Shown: positions 44,662 to 55,218 of the stretch, one piece after another | How the letters are laid out: each line of letters opens with the position of its first letter | Position numbering within the stretch: the stretch's first letter is position 1 | DNA from: a virus | Strand: one strand, 5' to 3' | Length of the DNA stretch: 64,000 nt | IMG/VR virus record: IMGVR_UViG_3300040959_000809 | Notes under the pieces: generated by a model | Told to the model about the DNA's origin: nothing | What the model saw: the letters and a program-made list of their open reading frames with translations, nothing else | Database searches by the model: none | Made by a program: the position numbers and the translations under genes

Positions 44662-46323
44662 TTAAAATTCCATAACGAATTTAAATTCTTCTCTCGAGTT
44701 TTCGGTTCTTTCCAGAGGGAAAAAGTCTTCCATATAATATACCTTCCCGGATCTCTGTACGTATAGTGGTTCTGTGATATTATCAACCACAGGAGTATTT
44801 ATTCGGATTATTTGACCATTTGATCTTCTAAAATCTAAAGTTGGATCAAAGGAAATATCTGAATTTGCTTGATTATTTGATGGTCCTGAGTATTCAACCA
44901 AAGCAACAGTATTGCTTGTATAGTTGACATTATATACTTTACCCTGGAATACGGTTGCATTTGAACCATTAATTTGATAAAGTATTTCATTCTTTTCTAC
45001 ACCAGCTACATCATCTGTGGTAAAGATAAATCTGTTGTCGAATATACCAGGTGTATTTGCACCAGTAATAGGATCATTATTGGCATCCTGAAAAAGTGGA
45101 TTTTTAACAACACCAACTCTTGAATATGTGTTATTAAAACCAATTTCAGTATTATCAGAACCTGTGATATAGCCATATAGTAATGTGTGTCGACATTTTA
45201 ATTCATCAACCAAATTTGTTCCATGACCATCAACTGGAGCAAGTACTGGTCTTATAAGTGCTTTTACGTCGATGGTGTTTGTATCGCCAGGATTAAAATC
45301 ATATACTGGATTTACAACCTCGGCGACCGCATTATTATAATTTTGGCCTTTATTGAGTACTACAACATCGGTTATTGAGCCACCAGTAACAACAGGATAT
45401 GCTATGGCATTTTGGCCATCACCATTTATTTTAATTCTTGGAAGTATTTTAAATCTGGCATTACTTGTAAACCCAGGATAACCTGAGTACTGTGAATTTG
45501 CCTTTGCAGTATTTTGTACAATTACTCTTGCTCTACCATTTTGCTCATCGTATGTATAAACAAGAATAGAAAATAAATCCGTAAAATTATTAATAGGATT
45601 TGTTAAGAGAATTGTCTGACCAACATAATATCCAACTGATTGGCCGAAATCACTATTAAAATTGATATAAAAAGATGAAAGATTAGTATTATTGTTATCT
45701 ACTGGATTACCTTCTAACGTACCGAAAACACTTTTATAGCCATTATTAGAAATTGGATTATCAACTACTATATCTGAAAACGGAGACCCTGCTGTATTTG
45801 CAGTTGGATTAGAATCAAATGTTCCTACGATAGGCACATAACCTAATGCATTATATGCATCAAATTCTACCCTTGTCATTGAATACATGAACTTCCAAAT
45901 ATACCCATCTTGAGTATCATATATTTGTTCTTCGTTATCCTCATCCCATTGCGGAGCATTAATTGATTCTGTGCCATCGCCATTGTCTAGGCATTTATAT
46001 ACTCGATAATCCCCTGTACTATGATTTGTAGGTCCAACAACTGAATAGAAGTTAGTCCCTTCCAAATCTACAGTATCATCATATCTTGTATAAACGGTAC
46101 CTCGTTGCCAAGGAAAATATTTAATCATAAACTTGACATCACTATCAGCTATCTTTTTACCAAAAAGAGTTTCTTCAAGAAATGTTGTTTTGGCTCTAAT
46201 GGAATTTTCGGACACCGATAGTTCCGTACCAGAAACAAATACGTAGTAGTCGTTCGTCAGAACATCGTCAACGAACCTTCTCGTATTGTCTGTTTTAAAG
46301 TTTGTCGTCAAAATTTCTGGCAT
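44662..46323 (-). CDS. gp8: Baseplate wedge subunit gp8
   Basis: WQRGTVYTRYDD...YRVYKCLDN...DGYIWKFMY and C-terminal GKVYYME...RTENSREEFKFVMEF; located in the wedge cluster. Confidence 0.85.
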   Translation of the reverse strand: MPEILTTNFKTDNTRRFVDDVLTNDYYVFVSGTELSVSENSIRAKTTFLEETLFGKKIADSDVKFMIKYFPWQRGTVYTRYDDTVDLEGTNFYSVVGPTNHSTGDYRVYKCLDNGDGTESINAPQWDEDNEEQIYDTQDGYIWKFMYSMTRVEFDAYNALGYVPIVGTFDSNPTANTAGSPFSDIVVDNPISNNGYKSVFGTLEGNPVDNNNTNLSSFYINFNSDFGQSVGYYVGQTILLTNPINNFTDLFSILVYTYDEQNGRARVIVQNTAKANSQYSGYPGFTSNARFKILPRIKINGDGQNAIAYPVVTGGSITDVVVLNKGQNYNNAVAEVVNPVYDFNPGDTNTIDVKALIRPVLAPVDGHGTNLVDELKCRHTLLYGYITGSDNTEIGFNNTYSRVGVVKNPLFQDANNDPITGANTPGIFDNRFIFTTDDVAGVEKNEILYQINGSNATVFQGKVYNVNYTSNTVALVEYSGPSNNQANSDISFDPTLDFRRSNGQIIRINTPVVDNITEPLYVQRSGKVYYMEDFFPLERTENSREEFKFVMEF

Positions 46324-46353
46324 GTTAATTCCACTACAATAGATGTTATTTTT

Positions 46354-46361
46354 TATTTATA
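46354..46361 (-). promoter_or_regulatory. T4 late promoter consensus TATAAATA
   Basis: Plus strand tatttata upstream of gp8. Confidence 0.75.
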
Positions 46362-46369
46362 CCAAAGCT

Positions 46370-49093
46370 TTAACCGCGGCGACGTATTCTAGGCCGAGGA
46401 TACTTTATTGAACTTTTTTCTCTTCTTCCCGCAGTTTTTAACGGATATACATTACCCGTTTCTTTTCGTTGGTTTTTCCAAAAGAGCATTAAATTGTCAC
46501 CAGAACCTAAGTTATAAGATTGAGTTGGATCAATGGTTCCTGATTCGTATAATAGATCCACCAATGCATTTTCTCTTACCCAGTTCTGAGCCTCTGCCTG
46601 AGTCATTCCCGGCCATGATTCTGCTAGTAATGTTAATACCCCACAAACCTGTGGAGATGCCATACTGGTGCCCGGATATTTACTTTGGCCATATGTAAAG
46701 CCTCTAGGATCTGTTCCGCCTCTAGCATCATTAACGGTAGCTAGAGAAGTTTTATCTGTATTATCCACCGCACTCTGAATCCAATCACCTGCTGCATATA
46801 TGTCGACAGCACTACCCCAATTACTATAACTTGTTTTTCTGTGCTCTCCAGATGGGAGCATGTAATTATCAACACAGCCTACTACAATTGTATTATCAAC
46901 CCCCTGGCCAGAAGAACCACCACGATGATATGGTAAATCATAATTTATAAGCCCAAGATACATAAATTGATGGCGATTGTTATAGTCTACGTCACCCGCT
47001 TTTGTAATTAAATTATTTTCATTACCTGCTGCATAACATATAATAATTCCTTCATTGATAGCATCCTCAATATCTGCAAACCTGTCTGTAAAATATGCTG
47101 GTGTTTCACATACATCTACTACTGTATCAGGAACACCATTGCCCGTTGTATCAATAGTTTTCTGAGAACAATTAATGCCTCGGGCTTCCAATTGCGCTGG
47201 GGTTAATTCATTAGAAGAACCTACACCCAGATTTACACCTCTATATGTTATATCATATGGAAATGGAATAGAGCCATAACCGTCCCTGACATGTTCAAGT
47301 GTCGATCCATAGCTATGATTTGAAACTGTTGGGTTTCGTCTCCCTGTTTTTGGATTAATTGGCTTATTCTTGTGCCAATTTCTAATATAATCCCACATCG
47401 TAGAGCTAATGCTACCATTTGGATTTGAACCATAAGGACTTATATTATAGATATTCGAATCACGAGCCCAACCTTGAGTATTTCCTGCTACTGTTCCTCC
47501 GCAATGGGCACCGTGGTTATTATCACCGCTCAGCCCCTGCCCTGCAATATCACTTGCTTGAGAGTATGGTGTATATGTATAGGTACCTCCAGCTCTAGGA
47601 TCACCCGATTCTGCATAATCAAACCAATTGATTTGATTTATTCTTGGAGCACCGTTTGCTGCTGGTGTATAATATGAAGGACCGAGATCATTATCCCTAA
47701 AAATATCTCTTAAAACAGCAAAGTCTGGTTTACTTAACACTGGTTCAAAGTATTTTTTAAACATAGCATGACCCAACGGGTTATTTGCTAACATACCTGC
47801 TGGTGTTTTTAACGTATCAGACCATTCCGGTGACAGTGATCCGCCATCCCAAAAAGTACTCATATCCCACATTGACCAATTAACTAAATAAGTATATTCT
47901 TTATATGCAACCATAGCTGCATCAGAATCTGTCGCCCAATCTGTAGAATAACCAGAGGGATCGTATAGGTTGGCGTCAATTGCTTCTTTCATTGCAAGAT
48001 GTAATTCTGTATTTTGCCAATCAAAACTAGGATTGCCTTCGAGTATCGGTCCTAAAGATTGCATAGGAACTTCTGTAGCACTTCCAGGAACTGCACCTGG
48101 AATACCAAAGTTATGAATTGTATGGAACAAGTGTTCTGCCAACTCTTCGATATCTCTATTACTTGTCGGAGGATTTGGCCCTGATGTATTTCTATACCAT
48201 ACCATATCATCCATAGCGTTATTATCTAAAAAATCTTGATATCCTGCGTATTGTGCCGCACCTGTGTCTGTTAAAAAGTTTGGTGTATATGAAGCACCAC
48301 CACCCCAAGCAACTCTTTGTGCTGTAGGTAAGCCTGCATGTGTAGTTCCTGAATCACCTTTTAATGTTTTAATTAAATTGGCTTGGAGTTCTAAATTAAT
48401 TAAAGGATCTTGTGGATTAATAAGTAATGTAATAAATTTTGCAGTTTTATATGCCCAAGCGTCTGGTACTGCAGTTTGTCCACCTACTGCGCCAGCAATA
48501 ACACATTTAACTCCACGAACTGTAATTGATCTATCAAATACTGCTCCGTTAGATGAGTCACTTACAAGTGCACCATCTGAATAATCTGTCTCAGTTCCAA
48601 TTGTTGCAAACTCTGGATGCGCAGGATCAATATGACCGTCTACAATAAGTACATCTACGTTTTTGCCGGATGCTGTTATTGTAAGTTCTGTGACTGATGT
48701 TAATGATGATTGGTTGGTGGACGACCAATTTGGCCTAGGTGTATCATCAGAATGTGTTACAAAGCCCCACTGTGTATGAGCAACATTTGGCGCGGTGTCT
48801 TTACTAAAGTTTGCATTTTCAATTTTATAACCGTATGGTTTGATTTGTTGAAGATCAATCAGTGATTGTGGTACTATATCCCAAACTCTGTCATCTTCTT
48901 TTATTAACTCAGCTTCTTCATAGCTAAGCATATAATTAGTATTCCGACTTATAGGTCTTTTATTTGCTACCTCTACTGATCTATTTGGAATGAATAGATT
49001 TCCACCGGGTGTCTCCATATCATCATAAAAGGACTCGAGATCCTCGTGCCTATGAAGAGTAATAACCCATTCTACTATATCAGTAGTATTCAT
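46370..49093 (-). CDS. Subtilisin-like serine protease (S8 family, 907 aa) with an ~310-aa insertion
   Basis: Triad motifs VDVLIVDGHID..HPEF (Asp codon 48638-48640), HGAHCGGTVAG (His 47513-47515), GTSMASPQVCG (Ser 46664-46666); oxyanion-hole AAGNEN. Confidence 0.9.
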   Translation of the reverse strand: MNTTDIVEWVITLHRHEDLESFYDDMETPGGNLFIPNRSVEVANKRPISRNTNYMLSYEEAELIKEDDRVWDIVPQSLIDLQQIKPYGYKIENANFSKDTAPNVAHTQWGFVTHSDDTPRPNWSSTNQSSLTSVTELTITASGKNVDVLIVDGHIDPAHPEFATIGTETDYSDGALVSDSSNGAVFDRSITVRGVKCVIAGAVGGQTAVPDAWAYKTAKFITLLINPQDPLINLELQANLIKTLKGDSGTTHAGLPTAQRVAWGGGASYTPNFLTDTGAAQYAGYQDFLDNNAMDDMVWYRNTSGPNPPTSNRDIEELAEHLFHTIHNFGIPGAVPGSATEVPMQSLGPILEGNPSFDWQNTELHLAMKEAIDANLYDPSGYSTDWATDSDAAMVAYKEYTYLVNWSMWDMSTFWDGGSLSPEWSDTLKTPAGMLANNPLGHAMFKKYFEPVLSKPDFAVLRDIFRDNDLGPSYYTPAANGAPRINQINWFDYAESGDPRAGGTYTYTPYSQASDIAGQGLSGDNNHGAHCGGTVAGNTQGWARDSNIYNISPYGSNPNGSISSTMWDYIRNWHKNKPINPKTGRRNPTVSNHSYGSTLEHVRDGYGSIPFPYDITYRGVNLGVGSSNELTPAQLEARGINCSQKTIDTTGNGVPDTVVDVCETPAYFTDRFADIEDAINEGIIICYAAGNENNLITKAGDVDYNNRHQFMYLGLINYDLPYHRGGSSGQGVDNTIVVGCVDNYMLPSGEHRKTSYSNWGSAVDIYAAGDWIQSAVDNTDKTSLATVNDARGGTDPRGFTYGQSKYPGTSMASPQVCGVLTLLAESWPGMTQAEAQNWVRENALVDLLYESGTIDPTQSYNLGSGDNLMLFWKNQRKETGNVYPLKTAGRREKSSIKYPRPRIRRRG

Positions 49094-49096
49094 TTA

Positions 49097-50206
49097 TTAG
49101 GACTCCAATTGGATTAGAGTTAACGTAACCGTAATACTAGCAAGACCACCTGTATTATTTGTAATTGCAAGAGGAATATTTGTAGATGGCGTTGATTCAT
49201 TACTAAATCCAAACACACCAGGAGACAACACTACAGTTTCATTTCCTGCTGTTATTACTTCAGCAATTACACCTGAATCTGGTGCTGGATCTTGTAATTG
49301 AGTTCTACTTGCATCTGCTGTTCTTGAGGCAATGTCTGTGTAAAGTCTTACCCAAGCAGCCTGTGATACTGCAATTTTGAGAAGAGCATAGCCTTTAAAA
49401 CCATTAATAACTTGATATGATGTAGTACCGGCCGCAATATTCGCAGCCGTTACATTTCTTTCCATTCTGGTTGGTATGCCACCACCGCCGCCGCCAGTTG
49501 CGGTGATTATCAATGTATCGTTGCTAGCATTTGTACTAATTTCAATACCTGCACCGTTGGCGACATTTAAAATATCACCTGTCGTATCAGCGACCACATC
49601 AGTTTGACCTGATACTCGAACGGTTCCAAATGCATTATTTGCGTTGCCACCACCGCCGCCAGCGGCAGCGATTGTGATTGTATCTGTTGCAGCATTTGCA
49701 GTAAGAGTAATATTGTTACCAGCAGCAAATGTAATTGTATCAGTTACTGTGTCTGCAATAATTGGATCTTGGCCTGAAATGGCAAATGTTGAGAACGTAT
49801 TAGATGTTCCACCGCCACCGCCTCCACCGACATTAGGATATGTTGGGAGGCTGTCAGTATAACCTATAATATCATTATTTGAATTGTCTGATAATAATTT
49901 TCTCCAACCTTGTGAGCCCAGTGAATAATATACCGCAGCATTGTTCTCTACATAAGCTAATGCACCTTGGTTAAGGACTGCATTGGGAAGGTCCGCATAA
50001 TTTTCATACCAAAAGGAGATTTTATTTGCTTCACCCAGAGCTTCAATCTCACCGGCAGCATTGATTAGCGTTGTAAGATCAGTACCGTCACCTACAGCGC
50101 TATAAATTTCATTAACGTTATCATTGATTTTGTCCATCGCTTGGCGCAATGGGTCACCTGTACCGTCATTAGGTGCTGAACCAATGTTGACTAATTGCTT
50201 TGCCAT
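49097..50206 (-). CDS. gp9/gp10-like baseplate fibre connector (369 aa) with Gly linkers
   Basis: N-terminal KQLVNIGSAPNDGTGDPLRQAMDKINDNVNEIY matches the T4 gp9/gp10 N-terminal motif; two ADT..D.....AG..I repeats between poly-Gly linkers. Confidence 0.75.
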   Translation of the reverse strand: MAKQLVNIGSAPNDGTGDPLRQAMDKINDNVNEIYSAVGDGTDLTTLINAAGEIEALGEANKISFWYENYADLPNAVLNQGALAYVENNAAVYYSLGSQGWRKLLSDNSNNDIIGYTDSLPTYPNVGGGGGGGTSNTFSTFAISGQDPIIADTVTDTITFAAGNNITLTANAATDTITIAAAGGGGGNANNAFGTVRVSGQTDVVADTTGDILNVANGAGIEISTNASNDTLIITATGGGGGGIPTRMERNVTAANIAAGTTSYQVINGFKGYALLKIAVSQAAWVRLYTDIASRTADASRTQLQDPAPDSGVIAEVITAGNETVVLSPGVFGFSNESTPSTNIPLAITNNTGGLASITVTLTLIQLES

Positions 50207-50234
50207 GTTGTGTTGTCTCCTACAACTTTTAAAT

Positions 50235-50242
50235 TATTTATA
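50235..50242 (-). promoter_or_regulatory. T4 late promoter consensus TATAAATA
   Basis: Plus strand tatttata upstream of the gp9-like gene. Confidence 0.75.
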
Positions 50243-50273
50243 CTATATTATATAACCGTAATGGTACCATACA

Positions 50274-52892
50274 TCATGTACTTGTGTCATTAATTGTGAT
50301 AGGACCTACTGATCCCACAATAGGGCCAGCAGATGAGCCAGTATGTAAATTTACAATAATTTGTTCTGGGCCTTCAGTAGTATTATCTGCTAGTGGTGTT
50401 ATTTGGAATGCACCACTACCATTGGTGATAATTACATTGCCGCCTGTGAATTGAAAATCACCAGTATTAGGAACAGAATAATATAATGAGCTATTTGGGA
50501 CGTTGGTTGTTGTAACAATGAACGTTAATGTAGAACCCTCGTTCACATCAGTTGCCCCACCTTGTACCACAATCTGATATGTTGCTGCATTGCCAAATGC
50601 AGATGCATCGTTGTCCGATTTAATCTCTTCTGAGTCGACATATAGGTTGGTGATGTCGGATGTAATTGCCTGCAAATCTGGTTGGTCTAATGGTGTGCCT
50701 TTGCCGTTATCATTAAAGATTCGACTGAGGTTGACACCTAATGTACTGTCCTGCTTATATCGGAAATAAAAATCACTGAACAGTTTTGTACCAGCAAGAT
50801 GAACATTTTCTTTTAGGCTCTTCTCATAATTTTCTCTAGGCAATGTTGATTTAATCTGATATGAGAATTCCTGGTAAAAATTACTATCCTGGACCTTCAT
50901 ATTACTATCATAATAGACATCTGTACCGTCAGTGGCTAATGTCTGCGTAAAGCCGTTGAGATGAGATGAGAAGTCAGCCCAATAACCTGAGGTAACACCT
51001 TGTGAATCTACATTAATTTGCCCACGGATTACAGGCTGCCCATTGGTATCCTGAAGATAAGCATCGGCGCCATCGATATATCCATAGCCAGAATTATAGA
51101 TGGCAGCGGTTTCAACTCTACCTTCAGCAAAATCTGTAACTGATTTAATCGTAGCATTATCACCGTATTGATTTGAATTATAATCTGTAGCAATATCAAA
51201 GACTGAAAACTGCCCAGCGATTGAGCCAATAATATCATTTCCTGTAAAGCCATAGTAACTGTATGGCAGAACATTAATGGTACCAATTTCACGGTTAATG
51301 TCTAAAACCTTACCAACAATCCCAGTGACATCCTCTGTAATTGTCTCACCAACCGAAAATGCGCTAGCAGATTCTGGTGGGTCAAATGATATGATTTGGT
51401 TGTATCTGTCAAAGTTTTGCATTACCTCATCTCTGGCAATAGCAAATACATCATTTCTATAATTTTCACCTGGGTTTACATTGAGGAAATCATCAATCGT
51501 GCCAATGTTAAATGGTGTAAGATCAAATGCGTCAGTCAACACAGTAAAGAAATTTGGTGAAGTCTCAGAACCTGACATTGTATTGGCACCGGCATTATAA
51601 TCAATTAAATTTGAACTTGTTCCACCGGTTGCAATATTCTCACCTAGTAATTGCACATTTAAAAAATCAGCAATAGGATCTGTGATTAGACTTACCACCT
51701 CTGGATTTAAAAGAGGCGCTATTTTTACATCTGTATCAAGACCAGAGGTAGCAAACATATTACCAGGAGACGTATCATTCCGTTCTGTAATATCATTAAT
51801 TGCAACTGCCTGAGATCCAAGATTTGTAATAATTAAATTAGGATTTCTGTCGTTAGTTGATATGTTTGGTCCCACCACAAATTCATCAGTACCGTCCATA
51901 AGAACACCTACTGAGAAATCATTTTGGCCTATTACAATACCTTGGTTGCCATTTGTGTCTTTTAAACGCTCACCGAGAACAAATACTCTTTCAAAGTTTT
52001 CCATAATAATTGATTGGTTCGAAACAATTAATTTTGTGTTTTCAACTGTATATCCGAAGCCACCATTTTCTACGGTGTATTCGACCTGCCCAGTCGGGTT
52101 TGTGGAAACACTAGTAACAATAGCTCGACCGCTTCTTCCTGAGTCACTTACGACATCAAAAATACTACCTTTTTTGATGTTTGTCTGTCCGCCAGTATCA
52201 TTTACTAGGAAATTACTTAATGAACCGTTTACCCTACCAAATGTAACTAATTTGTTATTAATAATTGTATTAACGTCATCATACTTTGTAAAGTTACCTT
52301 GCAAAGAATCAATGAACAAAACCGGTGTTGGTGTTTGATTAATTGTGATTAGGTTAATACTATTTACAGCAGCCTTGGCACCAGATAATGACCCAATAAT
52401 ATTTCTGCTGTTTAAATCAGCATAAGTATATTGCCCGCCATCAACATCAGTAAATAAATTATCATTTGGGAATAGCTGAAGATAAACACCGGTCTGCCAT
52501 TTGGACGAAGACGGCTTTAATATTTGTTCAGCAGGGTAGTAGACTTCGGCATCTTCTTGATAAAAGATTCTAAAGAATAAAATAATACCTTCTCTGGTTC
52601 CTTTTCTATTATAAAGATCCAAAATGTTCCGAACTAGAAAACTTACGTTTTCCTCGTCCAGTGGAAGGTCTGCCAAATATTTATTTTTAAAATATATAAG
52701 CATACTATTAAGTGTCGTGCTTATATCTCTATATTGAAAAATTCGCCTGTTGTTATAATGTGACTGCCGAGTATCTTCCTCTAGGAACCTATAATACTCT
52801 TCTACAAGTTTTACTAGCTCAGGACCGTATTCCCTGTATATGGCAGGGAATTGCTTTTCAATAAAAAATGCAATTTTCTTCTGTACGTCCAT
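50274..52892 (-). CDS. gp7: Baseplate wedge initiator gp7-like protein (872 aa) with a C-terminal Calx-beta-like domain
   Basis: QFPAIYRE...DLYNRKGTREGIILFFRIFY..E...YP...LKPS; QDSNFYQEFSYQIKS...VHLAG; follows gp6. Confidence 0.75.
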   Translation of the reverse strand: MDVQKKIAFFIEKQFPAIYREYGPELVKLVEEYYRFLEEDTRQSHYNNRRIFQYRDISTTLNSMLIYFKNKYLADLPLDEENVSFLVRNILDLYNRKGTREGIILFFRIFYQEDAEVYYPAEQILKPSSSKWQTGVYLQLFPNDNLFTDVDGGQYTYADLNSRNIIGSLSGAKAAVNSINLITINQTPTPVLFIDSLQGNFTKYDDVNTIINNKLVTFGRVNGSLSNFLVNDTGGQTNIKKGSIFDVVSDSGRSGRAIVTSVSTNPTGQVEYTVENGGFGYTVENTKLIVSNQSIIMENFERVFVLGERLKDTNGNQGIVIGQNDFSVGVLMDGTDEFVVGPNISTNDRNPNLIITNLGSQAVAINDITERNDTSPGNMFATSGLDTDVKIAPLLNPEVVSLITDPIADFLNVQLLGENIATGGTSSNLIDYNAGANTMSGSETSPNFFTVLTDAFDLTPFNIGTIDDFLNVNPGENYRNDVFAIARDEVMQNFDRYNQIISFDPPESASAFSVGETITEDVTGIVGKVLDINREIGTINVLPYSYYGFTGNDIIGSIAGQFSVFDIATDYNSNQYGDNATIKSVTDFAEGRVETAAIYNSGYGYIDGADAYLQDTNGQPVIRGQINVDSQGVTSGYWADFSSHLNGFTQTLATDGTDVYYDSNMKVQDSNFYQEFSYQIKSTLPRENYEKSLKENVHLAGTKLFSDFYFRYKQDSTLGVNLSRIFNDNGKGTPLDQPDLQAITSDITNLYVDSEEIKSDNDASAFGNAATYQIVVQGGATDVNEGSTLTFIVTTTNVPNSSLYYSVPNTGDFQFTGGNVIITNGSGAFQITPLADNTTEGPEQIIVNLHTGSSAGPIVGSVGPITINDTST

Positions 52893-52905
52893 TGCCTATA
52901 ACCTT

Positions 52906-54795
52906 TTAATAATTTGAAATCACAGTGCCACCAGCGGTGCCGACTGTTCTATTTCCAGCAGATGTTTGTCTCTCCAAATCCTCTTCTGAAATAATTTCAA
53001 CTTTGATATCGTCATCTCTGAGTAAAAATACTCTACTTTTCGGAACGATAACATCACGGCGCTTTGTGTTTACCATAATATCTATGGCATTTCCCGTATA
53101 TGCCTCAACTGTAAAGTCTACAAGTTTAATTTCGCCTCGGGTATAATCAATGGTACCGATATTAATAAAGATAACTTGTGGTTGAGTAGCACTGTCCGTT
53201 ACTACCTGAATGTTACCAAGACCATCATCTTGCATAAACACCGGAACACCTTCTGGTCCACTACCTTTAATTTTAAATACGGATGATCTAAATGCCGGTT
53301 TGTATTCTGTAAACCCATTTGACTGTTTATATGGATATGGCTTAACCAATTCAGCCTGGAATCTAAACACTGGGCTAGACGAAACCTTAACCGTTGGAGA
53401 CCACTCAATGATAGGAGACACATCCAGGAATGTACTCTGAATGGAGGTATCCAATGCATCAATATCACCGGTCAGTTTTGAAAGCCTTAATGTAGTGTCA
53501 AAATCATTTAAATTTGTATTAGAGTAATTCAAAATTGTTTCTCTAACTTTTGTTTCAATCTCATCAGGAGACATAGAGGTTTGCTTTTTGGTATAATATA
53601 GCTTAGCAGTAATACACGCATACATAAATTCTGTCTGTACAAAAATTGGCTCGATGCCAAGTGGTGTTTTATCTTTTAAATATTCCAGATATTGGTTTGC
53701 AACCGAGGACGAAAGCAATTCAGCACCATCTCTAAGATATACTGCCAGCGCAACCTTTCCGAATTGAGGAGGTTCCAACTCTTCACCACCATAGGCTGAA
53801 ACTGCAGTGATCTCAGGAAACTTTTGTCTTAATAAAACCTCATAATCACTTTGAGTGATTGCTCTTTCCTGTATTTGTAGAGCTTTAGGAGCAAATGTCC
53901 TAATACTTTCCAATGATTCTCTCTCAGCACCACCTACCGCAGCCGAAACTGTATCTACAGCGATTGTAACGGTTTCAAGGAAGGTCGATGTAAACTTTGA
54001 AGCGCCGTTTGGCTCAGCACCTGAGCAAATTCTATATCGTACTCTGACATCTTCGAACGCCGATGGCTGTTCCCCGTAAACGTTTCCGCCAAAATAAACT
54101 GAATATCTGTCATCCAAATAGGGCTCTAGGTAAAAGACCTTATCAGAAGGACCCACCCCAAAAATATCTTTTTGGAACAAGTATACATTTTCATTATCTG
54201 TTGCTTCTGCATCAACAAACACTTCGATTGAATCTGTATCAGCATTATCGTTGGTAAGAGCAACCCTTAGGATTCCATCATCGTCAACAATAAAGCCTTC
54301 TCTTTCAAAACTGGTGAGTATTTCACCTTCAAAGATTTCAATATTATCTGCACGATAAACACCAGGAGATATTTTTCTTGCAATATATTGTTGCATGGTT
54401 ACAAAGTTATAATTTGTACCCTGGAATGCAGTTCTGAAATCACTAAATGCAGGTATTGCAACCGTTTGTCCTTGCAGTACACCATCTGTGTCGGTAATAG
54501 TTACAGAGACCGTTGCTTTTGCGGATCGTCTTGACCGTGGAAGATAATTCAATTCCTTCGCATGGGACACAACCGAATTGCGTAATATAGCTGAATCAAG
54601 GAACATTTCATTGATTGCCATATTGGTATAAAAATTATTATGATATGTGTTATAAGCGAGCACATCCATAAGGACATTCATGTTGGACCCTTCAAAGTTA
54701 TAGTCTTTGAATTGGGTTTGCTGCCTCAAGTAGGTTTTAAGTTGAGATTTAATCAGCTCAAAATCTAGTTCGGTGATGGGCGTTTGAGTAGCCAT
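52906..54795 (-). CDS. gp6: Baseplate wedge subunit gp6
   Basis: ELDFELIKSQLKTYL...FKDYNFEGSNMNVLMDVLAYNT...EMFLDSA; ERESLESIRTFAP...RAITQSDY. Confidence 0.95.
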   Translation of the reverse strand: MATQTPITELDFELIKSQLKTYLRQQTQFKDYNFEGSNMNVLMDVLAYNTYHNNFYTNMAINEMFLDSAILRNSVVSHAKELNYLPRSRRSAKATVSVTITDTDGVLQGQTVAIPAFSDFRTAFQGTNYNFVTMQQYIARKISPGVYRADNIEIFEGEILTSFEREGFIVDDDGILRVALTNDNADTDSIEVFVDAEATDNENVYLFQKDIFGVGPSDKVFYLEPYLDDRYSVYFGGNVYGEQPSAFEDVRVRYRICSGAEPNGASKFTSTFLETVTIAVDTVSAAVGGAERESLESIRTFAPKALQIQERAITQSDYEVLLRQKFPEITAVSAYGGEELEPPQFGKVALAVYLRDGAELLSSSVANQYLEYLKDKTPLGIEPIFVQTEFMYACITAKLYYTKKQTSMSPDEIETKVRETILNYSNTNLNDFDTTLRLSKLTGDIDALDTSIQSTFLDVSPIIEWSPTVKVSSSPVFRFQAELVKPYPYKQSNGFTEYKPAFRSSVFKIKGSGPEGVPVFMQDDGLGNIQVVTDSATQPQVIFINIGTIDYTRGEIKLVDFTVEAYTGNAIDIMVNTKRRDVIVPKSRVFLLRDDDIKVEIISEEDLERQTSAGNRTVGTAGGTVISNY

Positions 54796-54798
54796 ATC

Positions 54799-55215
54799 TT
54801 ATCTCGTCCTTTCTAGAATAACATCTAGTGTAATAGGTTGTTCTTGATTCCTCACATAAAAAGTTATGTTAGCCGATACATTATCACTGTCCATGTCTGC
54901 CGCAACTGTAACATCAATTAATTCTGCTCGCGGTTCATATAATTTAACTGTTTCCTCAATCTGTGTTTTAATCATTGTTAAAATAGCTGGAGTTAGGTTT
55001 TCAAAAAGCATTGCTCTTATATTGCCGCCAAGGTTTGGCTGCATTAATCTCTCTCCACGATCAGTCAATAATAAATTTTTCAATGCATCTTTTACTGCAT
55101 CATCATTTTTTAAAACTGTTAAATCATTAGATATAGGGCTTATTGCAAGATCTTTTCTCAGATCGGCATAAAGATCTACCTTTTTAGTTCTTGGTGTAAA
55201 TGTTGTAATAGGCAT
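54799..55215 (-). CDS. gp25: Baseplate wedge subunit gp25
   Basis: AVKDALKNLLLTDRGERLMQPNLG...LFE...YEPR. Confidence 0.95.
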   Translation of the reverse strand: MPITTFTPRTKKVDLYADLRKDLAISPISNDLTVLKNDDAVKDALKNLLLTDRGERLMQPNLGGNIRAMLFENLTPAILTMIKTQIEETVKLYEPRAELIDVTVAADMDSDNVSANITFYVRNQEQPITLDVILERTR

Positions 55216-55218
55216 CTG

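Noticed and set aside
47660-48595. S8 insertion considered as an intein or intron
   Set aside because: No N-terminal Cys/Ser splice block or C-terminal His-Asn followed by C/S/T, no LAGLIDADG motif, and the frame is continuous
49480-49830. Poly-Gly GGN tracts in the gp9-like gene considered as slippage/contingency loci
   Set aside because: Codons are mixed and in frame; simplest reading is flexible linkers
50261-50280. Short palindromes atggtaccat and tacat-c-atgta after gp7
   Set aside because: Weak AT-rich stems without a convincing U-tract; expected by chance
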